Shown in pieces: positions 22,063 through 36,376 of a DNA stretch of 64,000 bases. The DNA comes from Magallana gigas (taxonomy: Eukaryota). Both the position numbers and the translations under genes were made by a program. Positions within the stretch are counted from its first letter, which is position 1, and every line of letters starts with the position of its first letter. The notes beneath the pieces were generated by a model that worked only from the letters and a program-made list of their open reading frames with translations, did not search any database and was not told where the DNA came from. The stretch lies in contig NC_088858.1 in the NCBI RefSeq assembly GCF_963853765.1, positions 30,938,001 through 31,002,000 of the forward strand. Direction: 5' to 3'.

Positions 22063-25033
22063 TATTGGGGTTTCATGCCACCTGCCAACATGGCCGTAAA
22101 TTCTGCAAAAAACGAAAGAAGACCAATGTCAACATTAACTGCAAATAACTATAAATTCATCGCTGATATGAATCTTGCAATGCATGGATAATATAATGGG
22201 CTGAAGTCCTATTTTCCAATTTTCTTTTATCAATTCATCTAGCAAAATTCATTCAAAGCAAACATCAACAAGCAAGCTATAAAAGCATTGAAAACAAATA
22301 ATATAAGGGGGGAAAGCACAATCTGTGATAAGCACACTATAAACGAGAAAAATATAATTATTTAATGTATTTATTCAAAGTCAAATTTAAAATTCAAATT
22401 CTTCATCTGGCAAAACTTACTAATAAATTTTTGAATTAAAATAAGCACATTTCATTGACATATATTGTCAAAAGGATAGGACACAATGTCTGTATAATCT
22501 GCTCCTAAGTACTCTAACGGTTAACTGAATATAATATTTTTTTTATGAAATAAGATGTGGATTTTTTTTTAACCACAAGTGCACTTTAAAAAAAGATACC
22601 ATACCCTCGTAGTCAATCTGTCCGTCTCCGTCTCGATCCGCCTCCATTAACATCTCGTCTGCTTCGTCGTCAGACAGTTTTTCTCCCAGGTTCGTCATGA
22701 TGTGACGTAATTCTGACGCTGTGATGTAGCCTTTGTTTTCTTTGTCGAAGACTTTGAATGCCTCCCTGATGTCATTTTCAACGTCCACCTCCTGCATTTT
22801 TCTAGCCATCATTTGTAGAAATTCATTGAAATCGATTATTCCATTTCCTGATATAAAAAAATTAATATTGGTTAACTTTTTATCAGTAATTTGGAATTTA
22901 CCTACATTTCTCTTATATATACATATACAATGCTATATTTTTTTCTAATGTATTTAGAATTTACAAGAGTAATATCAATGTTTACCAAAATCCGTGGTTT
23001 TTTTAATCATGTCTTCAAGAATTTATTTTAATCATTTTATAGGTCACATGTTTTCAAATTTTATTTCAAAAGCTGAGTGTGGATCGAGCATATCAATTTC
23101 AATTTTACTTCCCAACATTCCGGACTATATATATATAAATTCTAGAATTGATAGGCAATTTATATATTTTATTTGTAAGTGGTGTGGACATTAAAATAAA
23201 TGCAGCGTATATTAGCTTGAGAACGTAAAAAGAAAACCCGATTGCATTGAGACATGTATCTGAGAGTTGGGTAATAGATATAATTGATTGGTTATACTTT
23301 TTAAAAGATTACTAGACAATATATTAAAAAAAAACAGGACATGAGTTTAAATTTTGCAAGTGGAGAAATAATCCAGGATATCTGCTAGCAGCAGTTTCAT
23401 GGTGTCTTATTTTAATCTAATTACCATCAACATCAATTGCTTCCACAAGGTCATCGAGTTCCTCGGGGGAGGGATTTTGTCCCAGGGACCGGAGAACAAC
23501 CCCCAGTTCTTCCGTGGATATAGTTCCGTCACCATCTTTGTCAAACACACGAAAGGCTTGACGATACTCTGTTGAACAACAATAAACACCTATTTATATA
23601 TATACTACATGCAGTATATGGCTTATTGACAGCTAGAAAATGGCATTCAGTTTGGACAGTGTTTAAATAATTTACAGCAGTACAAAAAATGAAATCAGTA
23701 TTTACCTTCTACTTGCTCCTTGGTAAATTTTTCCTTGACAAAAGAAAAGAGAGATCAATTCATTAAAATGAATTTGCAAGCTGCTAATTGTGGACATGGT
23801 TGTATTTTTGAAATAATGCAAAAACAACCAAAGCAAAGTATTATGGAAATAGCATCCAGTTTTTGACACGAACTGGAAACAAACAGAATGAATTGCGAAG
23901 GATGTAAAACACGAATTTGTTTATTTCAAATCTAAAATACGGCAAGTTACTTGAAAATTGCATATATTTGATGCCATCCTTTAAAAATGTTTGTTTCGAA
24001 TTGGCGCCTGCGGTTTTCTAGACTCAGGAGGAGGGAATTTATATACATATTTTTGTTTTCCGAATTTTAACTAATCAAAAATTAGTAAAAAAAAAAATAA
24101 AACTCTCTTTAAAAAAGTTCTTCATTTTTTGCTAATAAAATTTTACAGGCGGGGGGTATTACAATGTGGCAGGAGGCGATTTCAAACAAACAATAAAAAT
24201 CATTTTGGCCTGACTTGATTTTATACCTGATTTGTTTTTAAATGTCAAGAATAGATATGTATTTCAAACCCGAGGAAATTCACATGAGACTGGCACGACT
24301 TTGAAGCTAATTAGTAACGTTTCACGTACATAAGTTGAAATTTATGTGGATTGCTTGTTGGAAAATAACCAAGCGACTGAAGTTTAAAAGGTTTAGCATT
24401 CAAGTTTGAATAAATTTGCTGTAATAGAAGTACGCGATAATTGTACATAAATTATAATTGTCTGGTATTCTTGAGTTTATAATAATGTTCCGCTTTAAAT
24501 CCTTTAGGTATCTGGGACTTTATCATACCCAATAAGCTTAAAAAACTGGTTTCTTTCATAAATATTAAAAATATTAAAACTCTAGGTATCATCTCTATTT
24601 TTCTTCGCACATTTCACAAATTCTCACCACACAAGAAAATATTTATAAATCGAAAACAAAATTCTATATAAAATTGACGAATTGCTTCACTAGAGCCCCA
24701 TGGTGTCCTATAAAAAAAATCAACGAGATTTTCAACTTGAAATGTTTTACTGTTTTTACTTACAGGATCGTAGTCTTCCTCAATTTCCTCACTTTTTTGA
24801 GCGCTCGACATATTCGCAGTGCGCAAGATGAAAAGGGGGGTATAATTTTAACCATAATGAAAGTTTTCATAAAAGATTTTTTCTTTTCCCATTGAATTAT
24901 ACACTTGTACCACTCCAATCGATCAGTAAATCAGCCAAAATAGCCATGCATTCAAATCTTATTTCGTACAACAAAAACACATAAAATAAAGAAATGGCGG
25001 TCGGATGAAAAAATAATTGATGTTACTTACCAT
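22062..25033 (-). CDS. Gene D: calmodulin-like protein (152 aa)
   Basis: Exons 25031-25033 (ATG|gtaagt), 23706-23733 (EKFTKEQVE), 23425-23568, 22605-22847, 22062-22102 ([13 protein letters not shown]); 459 nt. Loops [36 protein letters not shown] (degenerate), [12 protein letters not shown]. Confidence 0.9.
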
Positions 25034-26441
25034 TTTGAATAGCTATATTGAAGGTTAAATCCCGAGGCACTCTGACTATTTTCTTTTGGCATTAAAATTG
25101 GCCTATATATCTATAGCGAAAATGGCCTGTCACTTCGATAACAGATCGAGTGATATACGTGATTTTTCTCCTTCACCCCTCAGTTCTCAATAAGGGCCGA
25201 TGATGATAATTATATCTTTTTCTTTCTTCTCTCCCTGTCTCTTTAATAATTTTACATAACATTTAACAACGTCGACTTCGTGTTGTTTCTTGCAAGGTGG
25301 CGCATTATATTATCTACGTTTCAGAAGACTTCGGAGATTTTCAGAAAGATTTAAAAAACTGAAAAATAAAAATGTATACCCAGCCTAGCCCACCGAATAT
25401 ATTTTACTTTTCAAAATGATGCCAAATTAAGCAGAAGAAATTTGAACACACAATAGGAGCGATTTGAAAGGGGAGAAATCATAAAAATATTTGTTCTCCT
25501 TCCTGTGTCTCCAGCGAAACTGGATTTAAACAACCTGAGTTTGCAAATAAATAAGGTTTGTATTAAATATTCAATGCACACTTCTTGTTTACATTTGGGA
25601 TGAAGCTATTGTAAAAGGATCTCGCTGTTTCGTTTTAAATGAATACATTTTAGAGATTGTTGCACCAACAAAGCGGCTGGATATATATTAAAGTCAAACC
25701 CATTTGCTTAAGGATTAACAATTCATTTATAAAGTACTTTTAAAGCTTGGTGGTTTAACATTCTACATCTGTACTACAGATGGTACACATTGCAAACACT
25801 TATATCTACATTTTGCACATGTAGATCGGAAAATATAGATATCTAATAAAATGATTGATAATGTGTTTTTTGGGGGTAAAAATCCCAATAACACCTAATA
25901 TGGATTAAACTGTCATTCAGCCACATTTCCAGACATTTCAATCCCATTCTGTCCATGAAATGACAATTATTATCTCGTTCAATCGTCATTCCTGACCCCG
26001 CCCTCTCGAAAAACCCAGTTAAGACACCAAATAACGTGAAACAAATAAAACAAGGAAGACATGATCGAAACCATTCATTTATAACATGATTCCGGTTTGT
26101 ATTATTGACAAATAGGATTCTGTGTTTCACTTCGATTTATAATGCAACATGTTAATACTGTAATGATCCTTCCATGGTGTACAAAATACTAGTATTACAC
26201 GCAATCTGGGTTTTAAAATTCCCAAACTTTTGTCATTGTCAAACAATTTTGATTGAAATTTAATGTTCAACACAATAACAATAATTGTGAAACTGTTCTG
26301 TATAAACCAAGTAAGAAACAATATACATATCAATACATGTTCATAAAAAGATAAACAAACCGAACAGAAAAAATACGATTAAGATAATTATATGAAGTCA
26401 ATGTGGCATGGTGATATCTCTGTTGATGTTACATATTTCTA

Positions 26442-29400
26442 TTAAACCTCTTCTTTTTCTTCTTCGAAGTTTTTCTGCATCATACGTTCAAACTCTAAAA
26501 TATAGAAACATTATGATGAGGGGTAAGACCCGCTCTGTATAACTGGCCAAGGGCCATAAAACTTATACGAACTAACTTTTGATCCCAGTCTCACTTTTAC
26601 AAAGGAGCATAAATGAGTGAAAAGGTTAAGAATGAGTTCAAACGTTGGTTCGTCTGCACCAATACAGACTAGATGTATTTCAAAAATATCGTGGGTCATT
26701 TAAACTTGAAGTGAAAACTGACCCTAAATCGATTCTGAATTGTAAGTTACTTTTGTCGATATAAATCAACCTACATGTAATTTTAATTTTGCATGGTATT
26801 TATACCTTACAAGGTAGCGAACAGAATTCATTTCTTTTAATTTAAAAAACAGGCAAAAAAAAAGAAAGCAAATAATTCACGAAAGGAAGTCACACAAGAT
26901 TGTTTATTAACAAATTTAAAATGCAAAAAACGGGATTACTTGTATGTCACTTATATTGGATTGAAAAACTGAGCAACTTGTCGTGAAAAAGATTCACTTG
27001 TTATCAGTCAGCCAATCAATGAATCGATCAATCAATCAATACCTGCGTAATTGATCCTCCCATCCCCGTCTAGGTCTGCCTCCTCCAACATTTCGTCTAT
27101 GTCAGAGTCTTCCAGCTCGTGTCCGACCAGGTTTTGCATCCCCATTTTAAGTTCATTCCAGTCGATGAATCCGTTTTTGTCGACGTCAAAGGTTTTAAAC
27201 ATATCGTTTACCTCACCGACAGCAGCAGTTTTTATGGTCATCAGATTCATAAATTCGTTCATGTCCAGATGTCCATTTTCTGTGATTCAAATTTGATATC
27301 TTAATGGTGGTTTTTTTTTTTTTAAAAAAGAATCTTTTTTATATACCATTGTAAAATTAAAATTACTTAAGAATTCTTATTGCTGTCTAAGAAAATTAAC
27401 GTACCCGTTACCTTTTCAACTTACGGTTTAGTTAACATGTCAATTGATGACATGAAAACCCAACCATATTTAAAATAATCTATAAAATAATACGAACCGT
27501 CCTCATCAACTGTTAAAATCAAGTCACGAATTTCCACTTCGCTGGGATTGTGACCCAATTTCCTTAGAGCAATTCCAAGTTCTCTCTCTGACAGAAATCC
27601 ATCGCCATCTTCATCAGCTTCTCGGAAAGCATCTAAAAAGGTTGAATGAATTCTGAAACTGTGCATGGAATACATAAATCAAAAGAAAGAAGTAAACGTT
27701 TTGTTGATTCATGTTTTTATGGTTAATATTTTGAATCTACCTCATGTACATACCAATGTAGACTTCTTGTGCAAAATTATCCGTCTGTTGAAAATAATAA
27801 AATAAAAAAAAACCGAATTACATAGTCAGTTAAACTGTTCATTAATCATACTAATTTACCCAGATTAATAAAATGATACAAACAAATGTCCAAATGCAAT
27901 GTTAATGCAACTCTTTGAATCTTCGATTAGACCACATTGAAACAACATGAACAGATTTTATACATGTACTTAGTTGTAGACGACCTTACTATTTTGATAG
28001 TTCCACTCAAAACTATAATATACAACATACATTTATTACAATAGTTTTATTCAATACAATTATATAAATCATTTCTACATGTGTAAGGACGTTGGTCTGA
28101 CCTAAATCTTTTTGGCAGGGAAGGTATTTTTAAAAGCTGTAAATAACAGTTAATCTGATTATCAGATATACCTTTGACTGTTAAATTTTCGACAACTAAA
28201 GACACTCTATATATTCATTTTAGGTGATATTTTGAAAGAGATATCTGAAAGTATGAGGAATTTAATTAGGAAAACTTTTTTGGGGTATAAAATTAATACT
28301 GATACTTGTTACATAACAATACATACATATCATCATATAACATTTTCAAAATGCCCATAAGCAATCATGCAATTTCCTTTTATTTGATGGATTTCAATTT
28401 CCCCAAAACTTTTTTTTAGTTTAAGTGTGAAGGAAATTAATGTAATTGTTGGTACAATGGTAATGTTAAAGATAATTATTGGAATTTGATCAGGAGGTCG
28501 TTAATACTTACATCATTTTGCTCCTATATATGTAAATATAGCAATATTATATTTTTGGATTACGTTAGAAAGATGTTTATTGTACCTTACCAATGCAATA
28601 ACAAACTATAGTAGCAAGTTTTAAAAGTAAATTAATTTATAAGGCAAATATTCAACTACTTATGCACACAAATATACAGCGAAATATTAACAGTGGTTTT
28701 TGCAACTATTCAATGACATTTTCTATTCAAAACACGTACACTGTTATGCTCTAGTCTCCCCCCAGTACTAGTATACATTGGACAACTTGATTCATATCCA
28801 GAATTTATAGAATTTTAAAACATTATCAACAAAGTTAAAACATGACTCTTTGTTACATAACAGTATACAGTGTAGTATCAATGCATTGATCATTTATTAT
28901 ATCTTCTACAAAACTGTTTTTCATTCAGCCAATAGGAAGGTCAGCAAACAAACATTAATAGAATAGGGAATATTAGGGCTACAGAAAAGGAATACGGTTT
29001 GTTAAAAACAAAATTAAACGGTTATTGTAATAAAACCAAGGTTTATTGTAAACAAGGACAAAGTGAGAAGAACTAAAACATCATATAGGGAGTATATAAC
29101 TCACGTCTAAGTTGGACTGATCCTGCAAAATTAGGACATTTGCATTCAGTTAACCATTTGTTCAATATTTGAATATTTTGATACATTTTCTCCTATAAGA
29201 TACAATATTTAATTTTAAAATTATACTTAGATAATAAATTAGATAAAATCATCATAGTTTGCATGTATTCTATTAATAAGAATTTTGAACATTTTTGAAT
29301 GACACTTCCTTAAGCTATTATATAAATTTTCATAAACAAAATTATAGCAATATTAGGAGGTTGCTGAGGGAATGGCTACATGTAATGTTATATAAAGACA

Positions 29401-31269
29401 ATTAAGTTTTGAATCGACATGGATCAATAATAACCTTTTACATAGTATTATTATATTAGTGTTTTGCTTCAAATAAGGCATATTATACTGTAAGTTTATA
29501 ATTAAGATTCATGTATACATGTTTATTTTTATTAAGGACAATCATAAGAAAAAAACCCAGGAATTTCATAAAAAGGAGAACGAATTGTTAGACGCTTCTT
29601 TAGACTCACTTCAGTGGGATTTTCGACCTTAAATCAAATTATTACCATATTAAGTACATGTAAGTTACATTACAAATGCAAGTGATAATAGAAACAAGAT
29701 AATTTCAATTAATGTATTTATATTAAATTGTTGACCTAGCCTTTTTAAAAAACACATTACGTTATATTATATTCAGTGGGTTGTTTTTTTTTACCTTTAA
29801 ATAAGTTTAGAGATATACAATTAAAGCTTAGTTTAAAACTTTTAAAATAGCATTAAGATTTTCAGTAGTAAATTCAATACCAAAAGATACTGGTTATTCA
29901 AATTTTGTGTTAACATTCTTACTTTATTTCAAAAGACAAAACACACTTGTTACACAAAAAATGACGAACTACATATATTAACATAATGACAAGATTTTGG
30001 CCTCACTTGAGTTTGGTTTTCATCCTAAAGAAATAAAAATAATAATGAACAAATGAGAGAGGAAGTCGTGGGTCATTATTGATTATTCCCAATAATGATT
30101 AATCGATGTATTATACCTTCAGTTTTGCTTACTTTAAAACAAATAATACTGAAAAAGAGAACTAATGAGTACTAGCAAATTAAGTATTCCTCTGATGCAA
30201 TTTTTATAAATCATGATTGAAGCATATTAAGATAATACATAAATTGTGGAATAGTTAACGAAAAACATTTTTTTAAAGTGGTGAATATGGATGAACATGC
30301 ATATGCACATAGGAAATTGCCACCGGTAAAGAAAAATGTCACCTAAAATGATTCTATTCGAGTTCAGATGGTGAGAAAGTGCATTTTCAATAAATACCCT
30401 AATCTGTACACTGACACCTAGAAGGCATTTTTTACCGTCAGGTAAAATAATAAAGACACTATAAAGATCATTCTTTGAATAGAATCAAGTACAGACATAC
30501 TACATTCTCCCCAATACACGTTTAAAGAATAGTAACAGAATGCGCATTGAAAGCCCTTAGACTTCGAGGGTAGATGCTTTTTACTTACGAGAGTAAGATA
30601 CCCCTCCTGATTAAAGATAAACGACAAGCAATTACATAAAAACCATTTTTTTTTAAATCCCTTTAAATTTGAAACGAACTTTGTGATATGACATTGTGAC
30701 TAACTTTAGGGAAAAGGGTACACTTTAGTGGCTATAAAACACTTATTATTATAAAGTTAAATTGACCTACCTTTTTTATACAGTTTGTGCTTAATCCATC
30801 TGTGTAGCATTTTATGGCGTGATAAAGAGATTAATCTTTAATCACTTTGCCAAACCTTTCCACATATATCTAGGTTTATTTCATAACTTAACATGAAATA
30901 TTTTTATGATATTTGAATGCTTGAAGAAATACCAAATAAAACATCTTTGTCTATTATTTCAAGTATCGGTAAATATTACAGAAAAAAATCTTAATGAAAA
31001 TTCAGATGATGATTAAGTTTATTTTATTTGATATATTTTGATAGCATGTGGGCATTTCATCTGTGATAAAATGTTCGATAAAAACTTTGTTGTATTTCTT
31101 TAAATATTTATTAGATTTGTTTTACAGCATAAACAAATAAATATAACAAACTTTAAAGTACAGTTAATATGAAGCCGACCCAAGTTTTATTAAACAATCA
31201 TTCTCATAACCTTTATATATATGTGAATAAATATGCATAATAATCATTATCTAAACTTGTACTCACCAT
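26442..31269 (-). CDS. Gene E: divergent calmodulin-like protein with acidic C-terminal tail (152 aa, or 158 aa with a micro-exon)
   Basis: Exons 31267-31269 (ATG|gtgagt), optional 30589-30606 (EGYLTL), 27754-27784 (TDNFAQEVYI), 27498-27632, 27043-27279, 26442-26494 (EFERMMQKNFEEEKEEV*). Loops DEDGDGFLSERE, DEDENGHLDMNE, DVDKNGFIDWNE, DLDGDGRINYAE. The distant ATG exon is the least certain part. Confidence 0.82.
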
Positions 31270-33025
31270 CTTCACGACTCAGTCCATACCATGGTACCGA
31301 CGACTTCGTGCTGGACTGAGAAAATGTAGGTCGAGGGAATTAAACCCTTACCAAGCGGTCTAATTCGGCTTAACCTAGAGTATTTTTATGAAGAGCTATA
31401 CCGGTTTTGTATTAGTATGTTCCGGAACAATTGGAAACTTTCCATGAGCAGTGTCTACCATATGTTCGTTTTCATTTGCGATCAGGTAGATTGACACTGT
31501 TCCTTTGTTATGATAAAACAAATAAATTTCAAATACATAATATCTGTATCGTCTTAATAAATTCTAATGCGATTATTGTACAATAAATCTCTTGGATTAT
31601 ATTAATAACATCAAATTGCACATGTGCATGTATTTCATCTGACTAACTTATAAATAGATAGAATCATTTTTTGTGTTTAGGTCTTCCTTAAATATTTAAG
31701 TGCTTATTATATTCATGTAATTATCCACAGTTGAAATTGTTTAATTCAGTTTATTCTAATTCATCTCTTAGCAAACGATTTTTAATTGTCACATTCTACC
31801 CCATTAAATGTACTACAATAAAGTTTTACTGCAGGTTTTGATAAACATATAAAAGTAAGAGTTTGATTTGTTTCTCCATCTTCAGCTTTTACATCAAGCA
31901 CTATTAATAATAAACTACTCTAGTCATTCCATAATATTTTGTGTGATTAATAGAAATACACAAGAAGTACAATTAAAATCGGTGAAAGAGGGAAAATCCA
32001 CTTATAATTTTCACACGGAAACATTATCAAAAACAAAATCAGATTTAAGATTTATAATGGGAAAATCAGACATTTTTAACCATTTGGAAATCATAATACC
32101 TGGCACAATTTTTCAACTTTAACATGCGGATACTTCATGTCTGTTACAGAGCACATTTCCTGTGGACTTTTCATCTTTAGTTGTGAATTGAAACCAAGCT
32201 AGAGGCGACGTTTCACAGTGGAAGTCTTGGGATTTTTTTCATACTTTGAATGTACATCGCTTAAACCCTGAGGTATTTATGAATTTCAAGCACTTAAGCA
32301 AATCGTGCATCGAAGATATTTTGGGACAGACTATATTACTATGGCATAATATCTTTATATCTAAGTATGGTTGTACCAATAACATTATTATTTTCAAAAA
32401 TATTCTGGTTTATACTTTAAAAGTAATGCTTGGTGGCAAAGTTTTGTATTTTGTATTTTCTTGGGTAAAGCTCTGTTGAGAGACTGGTCGCCAATAGGAA
32501 AACATTTACACCTTTTTAATTTTAATCTGTTTCTCTTACTCTCATTTCCACGTTTACTTTTCTTAGTTAGGATGCACCAAATTACAGTTGTCTAAGATGT
32601 GGGTGTATTCTTATTTTTTTTTTTTATCATAAAAGGTTATAGATAGATGACGTCATTTTAAATATATGTCCTAATTAATAAGATATAAATATGAGGCATT
32701 GAAATATACATGTCTTTTACGGATACCAAACTTGGGAAAATGACATTGTTCGCACAAGTCATCTGAAATCTAAATGCAAGTTAAATTAAAATTGCATTTG
32801 ATGAGGAGTGTACACATTTATACAGGTTTTCAGGCTTCGCGTGAAAAATACAATGAATAAATGAATAAATAAGTAAATGAATATAGTTTATTGATCATTT
32901 GATCATAAAAAAATAACAATAACAAAGTTATTCTTATAACACATATACAGATACCTTATTCTATAAATCGAATGATTATTACGTATATATAGAAATGAAA
33001 TACAAACATCAAGACCTTTGCTTTT

Positions 33026-35646
33026 TTACTCTTTTGTTAATAATTTCACAAACTCTGAAATAGAGAAAAACACCAAAAATTATTTTTAACACAACACAAA
33101 GAAATTTAGCATGCACTATATTTTTAAAACATTTTTCAACAACTTTTTGTATTTCAAACTTTTTATGAATAAAACCTTAACAAATATGAGGGAAATTTTC
33201 AGAAAGCGTTTATCCAACATTGCAGTTCTACATGTACCCGGGTTCTAAATATTGTACACAACTTTTTGGATAGCTTGAACTTTTCAAAACGCCCTTTAAC
33301 AACAGAAGCTTATATGACTTCTCAGTCTCTGTATGTTGAACCAGAACATACCTTTGTATTTGACTTTCCCGTTCTTTCCTATCCCCGTCATTGTCATCAT
33401 TTCGTCCACGTCACTATGAGACAATTTCTCTCCTAATGTTGTCATTACAGACCGAAATTCCTCCATTGTTATGTATCCCCTTTTTTCATCGTCAAAAATC
33501 TGTAAATGAAGAATTTCAATCAGACATTTTGATATTTTTTCATTAAATTACTAGTAAATACTTTAAAAATGTATTAACCGATTAAAATCCTTGATGTATC
33601 AAGTATAATGAACTTCGACCTTGTCAGTGAACGGACAAGTGGTTTTGTAAGACAAAGAAAAACTGTTTACCTCAAATGCCTCTATCAATTCTTGTGGCGA
33701 ATCTATTGGCTGATTCATCCGATTAGCCATCATAGTGCAGAATTCTTCAAATTCAATCTCCCCACTTCCTAATACAATATGGAAAACAAACAGTAGCCTG
33801 CATGTCGAAGGTGTTAACGGTTTAGCATACTAGGATTAATTAGGTCTTACATTACAAATGCATCGGGAGACCGTTAAAGGATTTTAAGATTGCTTTTGGT
33901 TGGAAACTCAATGACAAACCCCTTTTAAAGACTTAAATGCAATCAAGTGAAATTCAATATTCTTTTCCTTTTCTTTTTTTGTTTATTGCGCTTAATATTT
34001 AATACGTAATGAACTATGTAATATTGCTTAAGCCCGGTGTAACCTGACATGTTCTTATAGAAAACTGATCAGCTATGAAGTCGTAATTAAAGACCACCGC
34101 CCCAAGACATTAACCTGGCATTTAAAAAGGTGTACTAAATGACAAGATAAGACGTTCTGATATTAAATTCCAAAGAAAAGCATCTTACGACTGATATGAT
34201 AAGATAAAATTTATCTACCATACAGTTACTTACAGAGGGATCTAACTTAATACGTAGAAGAAATGGATATGTATTTTCTTTTGAGATTTCCAAAACCGTA
34301 ATATCTTAAATGTTCTTGCCTATCTCATTTGATATTCATGACAAAACTTAAAATGTATTTTCCCCGAAAAAGACATTGGAATCAATTCATTTAATTTGTA
34401 TTTATTTATTTATTTATTGTACATGTACATTAAATATACAGCCAATTCAGGAAATTGCAAACTCAAGCTATGTACATTCCATCATAACTTAATAGGAATT
34501 TTCGAAACTTACATGATTTAAATGGAATCTTCAAATGGTCGTTTTTGTCACTACATGTACTTACCATCTTCATCTACCTCTGCGATCATTTGCCGGAGTT
34601 CCTCTTCTGAAGGTTCCTGTCCAAGTTGCCTCATCACCGTCCCTAGTTCATCACTGTTCACTGTACCATCTCCATCCTTGTCGAAAAGGAGAAAGGTTTC
34701 CCGAAGTTCTGCATCACAACAGACACGTTGCATGTAGTACAGTGTACAAAATGTAATCAGGTATATTGTTAAGGTTTTAAGAAAAATAAAGACTATGGTC
34801 CCCAATTCGGTTTTACCGGTAGAGAACTTATGCCCATTTCGGGAAAAGTTTCAAAAAGATGCAGGTTGTGGGTTAATGAACATTAGGTAACGTTATCTTA
34901 ACACCAGGGCCATAACACTTAAATATGGTAATTTTATATCTCAATCTCACATTAACAAAAGGAATAAAACAGAAAAGTGAGACAGGATTTGAATGTTTTC
35001 TCTGTTTTATGACCCCATCCCAGTAATTATACTGGTGAACGTAATGGATCGTACAGAATTATTGATTTATGTTCCGCTGAATTCTTTGATCATTAACAAG
35101 TATAAAAACAAAATGAGGCATATTTTCAATGATCATATCTGATAACGAAAAAAAGATTTACCTGCGATTTGTTCTGCTGTAAGAGTGTCCTGTTCGTAAA
35201 AAAATAAATATTACATGAATTTGATTAACGAAGTTTTTAAGACATAAAACTATGTCAATAGATATTACAAACTATCACAGATAATCTACCTTAACTTTCT
35301 TTTTCTTTCGACCCGACGCCCTGTACGACATGTTTCAACCCAAGGAATATAAGTAAAGAAAACTTCTGCCGATCTTGTGGACAATACCTATATCCCCTAC
35401 CATCCTAATGCAATTGATTCGTTGTTGTTTGACAAACCCTCGATAAATTTCAATATCCTTTGTGAAAACACTAGAATTTATTCGTGTTTATATTGGTATC
35501 ATCTTTGTTTTTGTAGAGATAAGAATTTTTACAATTGAAAACTACGAATAACTTAAATAAAAGAAAATTCAATTGCGGGCTTAGAGTAACTTGAATGCTC
35601 ATCAAAATATTATTGCAGATTTAATACATGTAAAATTACTTACCAT
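33026..35646 (-). CDS. Gene F: calmodulin-like protein with degenerate C-lobe (149 aa), 6 coding exons
   Basis: Exons 35644-35646, 35162-35189 (DTLTAEQIA), 34565-34708, 33671-33768, 33352-33499, 33026-33054 (EFVKLLTKE*); 450 nt. Loops [48 protein letters not shown]. Confidence 0.9.
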
Positions 35647-36376
35647 GTTAGATGTTTTCAGGACAATTCTTTTTTATGTAGCTTCATTTCACAAACTCTG
35701 TTAGGATTTGTTTTATGTCTGTGTTAATAAAAAAAAAACCGGTTGCCGCTGAGAAAACTTCACAGTTGAACAGTTCTGATTTACCCCTCTTTTATCTCCA
35801 AGAAGAATTTAAATGACTCTATCAATACACATGTGTATTTCACTAGCGCCTGACCCGGTGTAACTTGATAGACAATTTGTAGCTTTTGTTCTGTCGATGT
35901 TGATTTTGCAAGCAAACGAGATTAACTCTTAAAGTCTTCTGTCTGCACGGAGCGTAAATCCATTTTAATTTCCTATTGTTATTTATAACCCCTTGAACAC
36001 GATGCATGCATGTTTGCCTTCTGACAGAATATGCATAGAAACCTGACCAGCTGGTGGTATACGTATATGAATATCGAATACCAATTGTTCTCGAGTTTTT
36101 TTATTACTTCAACACGCTTCAAGATATCAAATATTGATATATTTTCGATTTGTCGGAAATATATAATGTTTATATGTCAATATTATCGATCAATGTGTTG
36201 TAAATCCAATATTTCGCCAAAAAAAGTATGAAAAATATTAAACGGCAATACATGTATTTACATAGCGTTCAGATTGATAAATAAATGTCTACATAACTAT
36301 TGTCCATCCAGACAAATACATGTTCGAAGTTCATGAAGTTTTGAAAATCACAGTCAGTAAATGATATATTTATACT

